64,000 nt of DNA from Blasia pusilla. Lineage: Eukaryota. Below the pieces are notes generated by a model. It had not been told where the DNA came from and did not search any database. It worked only from the letters and a program-made list of their open reading frames with translations. How positions within the stretch are numbered: position 1 is the first letter of the stretch; the number at the start of each line of letters is the position of its first letter. Positions 52,701 through 64,000 of this stretch are shown here, one piece after another. The stretch covers positions 2,852,001-2,916,000 of the forward strand of contig CM114271.1 in the NCBI GenBank assembly GCA_050084515.1, in the 5' to 3' direction. The position numbers were made by a program, and so were the translations under genes.

Positions 52701-55700
52701 TAGGATGCACCACACAATCGGGGTGGTTTCCAAAGGGGTCATAATAGCACTCCTTGCTACCTTGCGTTCCTCTGACCCGTCACGCTCTGGTGCAAATATC
52801 TCGCTCCACGTGGTCTGCACATGCTCAATGGCTAAGCGTTGAAGCTCCTCAATTGAGCCCCAAAGCGGCACCTCTCCTCCATGGACTGATGCGGATACCA
52901 TGACACTCCTCTCCATAGAAATGTCAAGAACGGGAGTGTCCTTTCCATGGACGTGTCCCTCAATCAAATCACTAGGCCAAGTGATGGCACTGCTAATTGC
53001 TACTAAGGTTGCAATCTCTCCTGACCGGATCTCTATCATTGCATCTGTGAATCAAACGGGTAATGAGCTAAGGCGCCCAGCACCTGACTGCCATCTTGGT
53101 CTGTAAGATGGCAGTGAGTAATCCAAGGAAAGCCCCATGGGATACAACACTGCTCCATCAACCAAGACATCGAAGGACTCTGCATTAGTCACTATTGCCT
53201 TGGCTCGCACCATGGACTCATCTGTAGGATGTCCCTGGCGAATCCTTAGCACAACCTCCTGTCGGGTAATATACTATGTGGTACTCGCTCCATCCAAGGA
53301 TGTTTGTATCCGGAATGGACAACGCTCCACATCGGCCTTTGTCACGTCCAAACCTCTGAATGCCGCTTTCCCCAACACCAAGGGTTGCACCCCTAAATCC
53401 AAAAGACGAGCTACGGACTAAAAGCTCTACTTCCTAGACTCACAAACTGGAAGACCTCGCCCCGGTTATCCAAAAAAATAACACTAGAAGAAGCCATGGC
53501 ACGCTCTATTGCGGGTATCTCCGCCATCCTAGCAACCGCAGCCTACCATGAATCTGACGTGGACGGACCGAGCATAAGCTCCAAGAGTAGGTCCATCACC
53601 TCCTATGCAATCACCTTTGAATGTGATGCAAGAACTCCAACTCCACGCTCACACAACGTAGCGGCCAGCCAGAAAACCTCGGCGGGTGTACCTCCCAACG
53701 TCATAACATCGGAAGCAAAAAATAAAGGAGGGAAGAACACAACGGTGGCCGCCCCCAACAACGTGCTCGACATATGCCATTCCTAAGCATCAACAATAGG
53801 AGCAACACACTCGCTTCTCCCATCGTCCTCCGTGCCTGCACACCAACAATATCACCAAATCTCTGAGAACTCTGATTAGGACCGATCGATGGGATTCTCA
53901 TCGCCTCAGACAACGTGAAGGACTGAGGAATCCTGGTCTGTTTCCTAGCTTCTCCTCGCTATGGATCCAACTCTGCGGTTGCTCCACGCGTAACAACTGC
54001 GGAGGCCTCCATCTGGGCAACCCCACACATCGAACCATAATCCTCCATTCTTTTGGCGTCTCCATAAGACATCGATGCCACGGATCCGGCATCAAGTAAC
54101 CTCAATGCCATAGCGGCATCTGATGTATCTGAGCAACCATCCCAACCTCATGCCCGGTGTCTTCCTCGACGCGTCTAGGTGGTGGGACTCTACCTCCTCC
54201 ACGCGCAACTCCACCACCCCCTGGAGCAAATCCAACTCTTTGTCCCCCAACGGTATCACCTGGTGCATGACCTCTAGGCCCACTTGGACCGAAAACTTGC
54301 TCTGGTGCCCTCTCTGGCTCTCAATCCAAACGTAACTCATGGTGCAAGATAAAACATCTGGCGCGCGTGTGACCATACCTCTGAAAATAGTCACACCGAT
54401 AACCTCCTGGTGCAACACCATCTCCTCCTCCATGCTGAGGCACGCAACGATGATTGTGACCAGTGCAATCGCGCTGATGATGGGCTCCACCACATGACCA
54501 ACAAGTAATCATAGGTGGCAGCTGCTGAGCCACATATGAAGGCGCAGGTTTTTGTGGCACGACCTCTCGGTATCCTTTGTAAGCTTGTGATGCCATAGAC
54601 CTATCTCGGAATCCACGTTGCTGCATTGGTGGTGTAGGCAATCGTGACTTCTCTCCCCCACAACCCATGGTGGCTACGGTCTCCTCCGCCATGTTGCGCT
54701 CAATGTTCTCGGCGGTCCTAAAAGCATCTCTCAACGTAGGGGAGGTGTTCATAAGAAGCAACCCCTCTTGCACACATGTCCAGTCGAGTATCGTGTACCA
54801 TATCTAGATAGTCATATTCTGTCACCCCTTGAATGACGTTAATCAATCGGCGCAAGCGAGTGTAGGCCTCACGCAAACTCTAACTCAGGTGCCTCTGGAA
54901 GTCATGGATGCTCCGTAACTTCTCCGTCCGCACCCCTTATTAGCTCGCCCTCAACTCAGCCAAGAACTCAACCAAGGGATTGAACCTAGGACGAACTCGA
55001 CTGAACGATGCAACTGCTCTAGTACGAGTCACCCCTCCTACAACATCAATGGTGGAGGAACCCTCTTCTGACTCCTCCTCCTTATCTGGAAACGGCTCAA
55101 TCCATGACACATAGTGCCCATGGGTCATAGTAGAGTCTTCAGGCCTCAATCTCATTGGCATATCTTTGCGAGAATCCATGGTAATTGTCCATGGATGCCC
55201 CCTCTAAATACTGGAACATTCCATTCCATGCTGTAAATGGGTTGAACTCTCTAAAGTTCCTAGCCCGCAGTGAGTCACACCAACTCTTAAACTCCACAAT
55301 GAAGTCGTGTAACTCTTTAGTGCCTATAGCACTCGAAAACCTACGCGGTCCTCTACCCGGGTCGTCCATCTCGTACGCCTAATTGGTAGGACCACTAAAT
55401 GTGTGCGGTGATCCAGTAACAACCTCCTCTACACTCTCCCCCTTGTCTGAAGATGACACAAAAGGAGATCGAGGTGGTCTCTCACGTGGAGACTCTTGAA
55501 ACCTCGCACCACTCCGGGTAAACCCTCTAGAGCTACTCTCAAGTCCACCACCTCGCCTCTCAAAGTCCCGGAAGGACGCGGTGATATCGATGACCCTTGT
55601 GCCCGTCTCACACGATCACTCTCAACCTTCCGAGTAATCACGCAATCACCCAATCTAACATGCGGTACTCAAGCGACACTCTCTCATTGAGACATGTGAT

Positions 55701-57452
55701 GTGCGGAAACAAGCGGCGTTGTGCGGAAAATTGTCTTCTGTCCTATCATCTCATGGACAGGGCACACCCTCAACTTTGGATATCCCACACAAGTCTATGT
55801 CCCCTAACCCATACATCAATGATGCTCTCAGCATCAGGCCGAAACCCAATATCCCAAATAACTGCCCAATACCCAGAAATCCCTAACACGTGTAGGGCAA
55901 AAGACCAGAATGATAACCTAACAACAAGTTTCGATGTTGCGCCTCAGCAACTTAAAAACCTCGACCCCAACTCGGTCGTGAAGACAACTCCTCCAAGCAG
56001 CAAGTCGTACTCCTCTAGTATTGACGATGCTCTAATCTCCTCAATGTGCGGTGCGAGTCCAGCAGTACGGTGCGGCACTCGCGACACGGAACCGCTACAA
56101 ACAGCACGGCACTCGGTAATAGGTTGCAAGACTCAGCGGAATGCCCTCCTCAACAACAAACACAATCTGCTCCTCAATGATGGTGTAGCTCGGCGATTGA
56201 GATGATGCAATGCGGCCACAAGCGACACGGCGCGGCAATCAGCGGCGCGTTGCGGCTATGGGCATCACGGCATGGTACTCGATCGTCCTTGAGCGGCTAC
56301 AAATCACGGCATAAAAAAGCGGATGGAACACTACGACCCCACAATCAAAAAATAAGAATGGTCGGCCGTAAACACAGGCAACCGCGGCGGTCTAGGATAG
56401 AGATTCAGATGTCCGGCTCTACGGGCGGCAGTAACACTGGGTCGGACGGAGCAGCGCACGGTTGCACGGCGGCTAACTATTTTTTCGGCACTAGAAGGCC
56501 CTGAAGCGTTGACAGACCACACAACATACAACCGCGGTACCAAGTGCATAGCCGGTTTGCGCGTCTCCGGGACAGTTGGCTAAGACGTAGTAGGACAGAT
56601 GTTATCCCCCGCCAAATTATTTTATATTTTTTTAAATATTTTTTTAAACTAGAATAATCCCCCGGGAAAATTGGATCTCCACTATCTTTCCTTACTTGAC
56701 AGCCCCCTGCTTGACAGGCCTGCAAATTGAATGCCTTACCACAAATCCCTCCTAAGATTGAGGGTCAACACCCCCCAAAAATGGGATCTACTCACCCTAC
56801 CTCCAAATAGCTGAATTCACTTCTCCTATCCACCAAGTAAACTGATTTTTTTTAACCTCTCAAGAAAGAATTTCTACCCAAAAATTTCAAATTTTCACTC
56901 ACACCTTGGAACGGTGGCTATGGCAACCCAACGAAAATGATCATAACTCCGTGGTCCAATCTCCAAATTGTGCACTTTTTCTTCAACAGCCTACACCACT
57001 TCCTAATCTATGACCTCCTCAATTAGCTTCTCCATTTGATTTTTCACCAAAAACTGACGATGACTGTCGTGCAACCCAAAGTCTCTTTCTCCTACGCAAA
57101 ATTTGGGAGCGCTTCCGCGCTGATTTCTCCCAAAGAAAATGTAAGACCTATGAAAATACAAATCAGCAAGCTACACGGTGCTCTCAAGAGCATCTGCATG
57201 GGGCAACTTGTCCCCATACTCAATTCTTATAAAAAATTGGGCAGCGCTTCCGCGCACCACTCTTCCACACAAAAAATCGGCGAAGGAAACATCAAAAGTG
57301 AGCGGCTCTTGCTCCAGTGAGCACTCCCATGAACCGCTGAATGGAAAATACGATCCCCAACTTGCAAAACCAGCGAGTGACTAGCGAGATCCCCCATGAA
57401 GCTCTCTCACTCAGCATTATCTCTTTGAAAATCAAGTAGATCCAATCTCTCT

Positions 57453-58089
57453 TGTCGTGCGCATACACATTGCTACACAACATACATCGCTGTCACCAAA
57501 CACACATACAAACACGCACGATCCCATGCTAAATCATGGCATCCAAACAAGGAGACAAGAAATATCAAAATATCTCCAATAAAATAAAATCCAATCTCTC
57601 TCACAACACCATAGTTCTCACATGTGTGCACTCTCACATATCTCTCTCAATGTCAAACCAAACCCACTCTTCTAATGAGAGGTTTGGATTACACTCACAA
57701 GGCAAGGGACCATAACTCCGCCGCCTCGCGCCAAGAGGTTCAACAAAGAGAGAATGAGCTCTCAAGCTCTCTCTCCTTGAGGTATACCCCTCCCCTCTCC
57801 CAAACTCTCTCCATGTTAATATATGCTCCCAATTCTACCTTGGCTCTTGACCTGATGTAGGAGGTCAAGAGCCACTTACCAAAAATAGAAAGGCGACCAT
57901 ATGCTCAAAATGGTACTTATCTAAAATAGTAAGTTTCTCAATATGGTTCCAAATGAGCTCGAAGGGAAAATCTGCTCTCTCAAGTTTCGTGGGGCCTCAA
58001 TAGGTCATCCTCAACCTCTTGAGTCTGTCCTCCACTACTCGCGAAGACGCTCTACTAGATCTCACCGATCTATCCTAAAAGACATGACA
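57453..58089 (-). mobile_element. Solo A-B unit of the DNMT-gypsy family inserted into repeat A1 of copy 2
   Basis: TGTCG...TGACA flanked by CTCT/CTCT; B 57453-57580, A 57581-58089; removing it restores ccaatctctctcaacacc. Confidence 0.8.
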
Positions 58090-58778
58090 CTCTCAACACC
58101 ATAACTCTCAAATGTGTGCACTCTTACATGTCTCTCTCAATGTCAAATCAAATCCACTCTCCTAATAAGAGTCTTGGGTTACACTCCCAAGGCAAGCAAG
58201 ACCATAGCTGCGCCACCTCATGTCAAGAGGTTCAACAAAGAGAGAATAAGCTCTCAAGCTTTGTCTCCTTGAGGTATATCCCCTTCCCTCTCCCAAGGTA
58301 TTTCCTCAATAACCTATGCTTGCAGGTCACCTCCTTGGCTCTTGACCAGTTATAGCGGGTCAAAGGCCTCTTCCCAAAGTGGAAAGTCAACTCTACCAAA
58401 CATGGAAACTTACCCAAAATAGCAAGTTTCTCTATATGGCTCCAAATGAGCCGAAACGACGGGTGAACCTGCTCTCTAAGGTTTCCCAAGACCTCACTAG
58501 GTCATCCTCGACCTCTTGAGCTTGTCTTCCTCTACTTGCGGAGGCACACTACGAGTTCTCTCCGATCTACCCTAAAAAATCGTGACAAAGTCAATGATCA
58601 TATGGTAATATGTACACACATGTTACCGTTTGGATGGCTATTTTGGGGGGAAGAGCCTTTTGGCTCCTACCAAGGCTATAAGAGAGGGAGAGATGGCTTT
58701 CCCTGACCATATTTCTCATGTTGGGCCTTAGGAGCACCTCTCTTGCATGTGGATGTAGGAACTAGGGTGCTAGCATCT

Positions 58779-61700
58779 TGTCGTGTGCATACACATCACT
58801 GTCATTAAATGCACACACAAACACACACGATCCCATACTAACTCATAGCATCAACACATCGAGATGATAAGTACCAAAATATTTCCAATAAATCAAGTGA
58901 TACTCTCAACTACAATGTCTCCACGATGCACACAACTCTATCTCTCATTCTCATGTCAAACCAAGCCCACTCTCCTAATGAGAGACTTGGATTACACACA
59001 TAACGCAAGCATGACCATAGCTTTGCCGCCTCATGTCAATAGGTTCAATAAAAAGAGAATGAGCTCTAAAGTTCCCTCTCTTTGGGTATACCCCCTTACC
59101 TCGCCCAAACTCTCTCCACGGTAACCTATGCTCGCAGGTCACCTCCTTGGCTCTTGGTTTGATGTAGGAGTTCAGGTCACACTTCCCAAAATAGAAAGTC
59201 AACAATATTCAAAATGATAATATATCTGAAATAGTAAGTTTCTCTATACGGCTCCAAATGAGGTGAAATGAAGGGGAAACCTACTCTCTCACATTACACG
59301 TGGCCTAAGCAAGTCATCATCGACCTCTTGAGGATGTCCTCTAGTATCCCCGAAGGTGCTTTACTAGATCTCGTCGATCTATCCTAAAAGATGTGACAAT
59401 TTTCATGCATATATACACCGCTACACAACATTCACCAAATGCACACACAAACACACATGGCATTCACACATCAAGGCAATAAGTACCAAAATATCTCCAA
59501 TCGCCCTCTAGCTAGTGGTTAGGTCCCTCTAACTGCACATAGCCATCTATCCCTACCTACCATGACATACATCTCTATGACGCTAAGAATAAATTTTCGG
59601 GTGCTCATGTAACCCCATCGTTAGTCGCCTCCTTGTCATCCATATCATAGACACAAGTCAAAATCTAGAACTGCATAGTATCTACTTTATGTACATGTAG
59701 GCACATCCATTGTCCCCGAGGAACCCTAGTGCGAGGTTCCATCATACATGCCATTCCCATCCTCTCGAACATCTATCACAAACTAGCATAGTGGTTGCAC
59801 CATAGGCCGAACCACACAAAATATAGGGCAAGCCTGTAGGAGCTCATATCAATTTTACTGTAAATGTTAGGAAGGTAACGTGGCGCATAATTACGCACAT
59901 GGTCCTTCCAAACTATATCATCGCATCCCTCCAATTAATAAGAGAACATTGGATGGCAAAACATTACGCACTTTCAAGATAGTGCGTCTTGCAATCATAT
60001 CCAACATTGTGAGTGGTGTCTGCTGCAAGTAGACATAGTCTCCTTGATGAAACCTCTGGATAATCTTTCGATAACCACATCCCCCAATAGTCACATACCT
60101 CAAAGTATCCCAATGTTGTGCAATTGCCAAGTTCTCAAACGCCATGGGTATCACTCTTCAAAACAACGGAACCCTCTGAGAACATGCTTGCATTCATACA
60201 TTAAGGTCATCAAGGTTCAATACCTCGCCAACATCTCGATAAATGGCTGTAGGTAAATCAGCCTCTTAGCCATAAAGCATCAAGTACGGTGGGAAAGACG
60301 CTAAGGATGCATGCTTGCTAAATCTATATCCCATCGCCAACCACGGAAATTGGAGATCGCAATCTCCTACGTGACCTTTTTGCAAGCCAAACTTGCGTGA
60401 ACCTCTCTTCACGGCTTGCACAACCCTCTCTGCAGGTCCATCCATCTCATGATGATCTCGCGAAGTGGTGTAGTGGTCAACCAGCGTCTGATCACTCAAG
60501 GCCTGAAACTCCCCACAAAACTTTGTATCCTGGTCTATCAACACCTCAACTGGTGCATCATAATGACTCAACATATGATCACTACACTTCTCCCTCACTC
60601 GCCTTGTCAGGAAATGCAACCAAATCTATCCACTTTGAGAAGTACTCGACCATCACCAATACATAACAACTATGGTGCTATGTCAAAGATTCAGGTCTTG
60701 CAAAATCCAAACTTCATCTATAACCTAAATTCATAATCAGCAGTAGGTGCAACTGTAGAGCAAGAGCATTGAATGATGCCCAGACCCAATCACACGCCAT
60801 GCAGCTAGCAACAAATTGTTGAACATCAGTCTGCAAGCCTCGCCACCAATACCGTATCTACAACAAGTTGGACATCTGATTGACTCCAAAGTGACCTAAC
60901 TCCTCGTGGGCATGTTGCACCAAACATGCTCTTTGCCAAGGATGAGGCACTACATGTACTCTACCACCTCCCAAACTTGCAATACATGTGTCCCCTCATA
61001 CCAAAACCGTCTAGCTTGATGTAGGCTCCGATCACGCTCTCTAGCACCCTTTGTGCTCGCGTCGCTGCCAATAGGTAGGTACTCCAAGACTACTCCATCC
61101 TCGTGAATATCTTGGCCATGTGTCACCTCTTGACCAACCTTTGGATCTAAGGACTCTCCATCAGACCTCTCCATCAAAGTCTCAGCATCCTAAATGCTCC
61201 AAGCCTCAACATGCTCAAATATGTATGCAACTCAAAAGGATTCCCCTTGATCTGTCGCGACCCTCATAACCAAACAAACACCAAATAGGCGCTCAAACAG
61301 AACATCAAAACTCTAGTGGACTCACGCTACGATGATCACGCTTTGGAGAGGCTTTTGGAAAGGTCTCTTGGAAAAGTCCAAGAGACAAAACGCAGAAGAG
61401 TTGTGAGTTTCATGCGTTTGTGGTCGCTACCAGGAAACCTTGACCAAAGGCGTTTGGTCCAAGTTTCCTGGCGCTCTTATTTTTCTCAAATGCATCTAAG
61501 GGCTAAACGTTGTGTTCCAAAACACAGTCAAAATCCCCAAATATTAGTCGTGTTCCAAAATTGGTTCTCACCTCTTCGGCAACCAACCTTCCAAGACTCA
61601 ACTCATCTCAAGTCTTAAAACCCTTGGCATAACGTCGATAGAAGCTCCCCAATCCCATGAATGTACAAACTCGACTCACATATGTAGGGCGTGGAACGCG

Positions 61701-64000
61701 TGAGATAGCCTCTACGTTCTTCTGCTGAACATCAAGGCTACTTGGGTATATATATATTGTATGATCCAAGTACTCAATCTGGTCGTAGAAGAACTTGCAC
61801 AAGCCTGGATGTACCTTCAGCCCATGTAAGAACAATCGTCAAAACACCTCCTCCTGATGTCCTTCATGCTCCTCAACCGTGATTCTAAAGACTAAGATGT
61901 CATTAATATAATACCTAGCAAAATACATACCCGCCAAGATCCGTTCCATGACCCTCTAAAATTCTTCCGGGGAGTTCTTTAACCCAGATGGGAAGAACCG
62001 CCATTCGTACAAATAATCCTTTCCGTGAGGATTGATGTCCCAAAATGTCATCTTTTGCCTGTCTTTCAATCTAATAAGCAACTGATAATATCCAGCTCAA
62101 AGATTGAATGAACTTAAGATCTTTGCATGCCCAATAGCATCAAAGATCTCCTCAAGAGTAGGCATAGCATACCTATTGGACTTCATTTGCCAATGGATAG
62201 GTCGGTATTCTCCACACATCTGCCTATCCGTCCAGAAGCCGTGCACATCCTTCTAGGCGGGCATGAAAGTAGCAGATGCATACTCTCCATGCAACATCTC
62301 CACTAGTCCTACTCCAACCAAGTCCTGGCTCTTACTCTCAATCAGGGCCCTCTCCATATCGGTGTACCTGTAGGATCGTCGAAAGATCGGCGGATTCTTG
62401 GACCCTTCAACATACCCAAATCATGCATGCTAAATGAAAAACAACTAGCTCCTATAACTTCTAAGGAACTAGTGTATCCAACGCTGCTCTCCTCTTGTCA
62501 ACTTAAGCCCCATATTTGGCTCTCAAGTCTCCATTGTGACTATGGTAAGACTCTCACGTGTGGGTATCGATAGTTGCTATGGTGCAACCCCATCTCGGAC
62601 AACAAAACTTGAATACTCACCTACAACCAACTCCAAACTCTCATCTCCTTGACCTCTAGTATGAGGAACCACGCTCTATGCTATGGCTACCATCTCCCGG
62701 CATACCTGAAAAAAATCCCAAGAAGTCCAAGGGTATCTCTCTCAATTACCATTGATATGTCGATCTCCTCAGATCTCGCCCCCAACCATTTCTTGAACCA
62801 TCTTGGTAGGCATGGGCTCACCAACGCAACAACTATGATCAATTGTGACATCATCAACGTGGCTCAGCTACTCCTAAGCTAATGATCCATGTGAAGAAGT
62901 TTAGGTCCATCGCCTAACCCAAGACATAATGTCATCCCAAACCAAGCTAGTACCGACCTTCTTATATGCATAGAAAGGCGGAAAAACTCACAAAAGTGGG
63001 AAAGGCTGCCCGTGGCATGCCAATCCTATTAACCATAGTCAACGACGGTCGATCATCATCCCTCATTTCTTGTGATCGATGACTTGGATCTAGAATAGAA
63101 TCCACCAACAAATGGAAGGGGCTTTCCACTCTTGCATACGCCCTCCGCAACACTTCATGTGGCACCGAGTTGGTCCACCATAGACATCGGAAATATGCTC
63201 ATAAACCTACATTTTCCGCATCCAAAAATATTGTTGGGCCGATCCAGGCTCACATCTTATGTGCACTTATCACCACCCGTAACCTCGAGTTGCCCAAAAT
63301 TGGCACATTCTCCAAAATTTATGTTGGAGAACATGATTGATGTTCTTGCAAGTGTCGCAAGATCCGCATCATCTCCCAAAATAATCCACCTACCACTACC
63401 TTATCCATCACTTGATTGGCCTTGACATGGCCAACCAGCAATGGCCAAATCAATGGTCTCTACCCGCTCCAAGTCTTGCACCCCCATCAACAAAATGTCC
63501 CTCTGTAGGAAACTCTCGTACCATTATACGCCGGATGTAGACAACAAGTCAAGAAAACGGAAGCATAATTGCACCATATGTCGAAGTGAAATTTGTCTTG
63601 TTACGTCATCAAGCTCCACATACAAGTACTGATGCATACACACTCCTGCCTCCAAAACAACAACCAACCAGGTGCCGATCCCTCCAAAGAGATCCAACAC
63701 TCCAATATCCTCCTCTAGGATGCGCCACACTCTCTACCTCCTCGACTTACCAAGTGACAAACCTCTCCCCGGATATCCAACAAAACAATACCCGGAAAAA
63801 CCATGACACGCTCTATCGCGGGTCTGGCGGGCATCTCCACCATCCTAGCAGTTGTAACCTACCATGAATCTGAGGTGGATGGCCCGAGCATAGGCTCCAC
63901 GAGTAGGTCTATCACGTCCTCTGCAACCATCTCTCAACATGACAAAGGAACACCAACTCCACGCTCGCATGGCATAGCGGCCATACAAAAAATCCCCATG
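58779..64000 (-). mobile_element. DNMT-carrying gypsy copy 3 (3' part: internal-B-A-B); runs off the window
   Basis: B2 58779-58889, A2 58890-59398, B1 59401-59501, PHD/INT 59690-61000, RT 61620-62360, DNMT 62880-63710; RH and PR regions deleted. Confidence 0.88.
62880..63710 (-). pseudogene. C5 DNA methyltransferase domain, copy 3 (catalytic motif intact)
   Basis: VLDLFGGIGT; YLYVELD; IDLAIAGWPCQGQS (about 63410-63455); ILENVPILG; WWTNSVP; motif IX region deleted. Confidence 0.88.

Larger units (their letters stand above)
47694..58587 (-). mobile_element. DNMT-carrying gypsy copy 2 (A-internal-B-A, 3' end truncated)
   Basis: A1 57429-58587 (split by a solo unit), gag 54100-55650, PR about 53100-53420, DNMT, RT 50600-51200, RH 49950-50460, INT 48600-49650, PHD, B1 48045-48173, partial A2 47694-48042. 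Confidence 0.9.

Overview
Eukaryotic nuclear DNA, most likely from a non-seed land plant or other streptophyte (inferred from a spliced psaE with a plastid transit peptide; the organism cannot be fixed from sequence alone). The window is mostly nested, decayed transposons around two copies of psaE (photosystem I subunit IV): one intact (21062-21864) and one with a 1-nt frameshift (44616-45420). Three observations stand out. (1) Three copies of a Ty3/gypsy-type retroelement carry a DNMT3-like C5 cytosine methyltransferase between protease and RT, plus a PHD finger after the integrase. (2) These elements lack two ordinary LTRs and instead show a split A-internal-B-A-B terminal-repeat architecture, with a circle-junction-like CA-NN-TG joint and no visible PBS. 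(3) A MULE-like DNA transposase lies head-to-head with a spliced, decayed gene encoding a ParB/Srx-like domain and a beta-class N6A/N4C methyltransferase-like domain, and the introns of both genes are filled with a 31-bp palindrome. Also present are Helitron RepHel remnants, CACTA fragments, solo LTRs and an (AG)93 tract. All TE coding regions are broken by stops and frameshifts. Domain calls come from manual motif reading, and domain edges are approximate.
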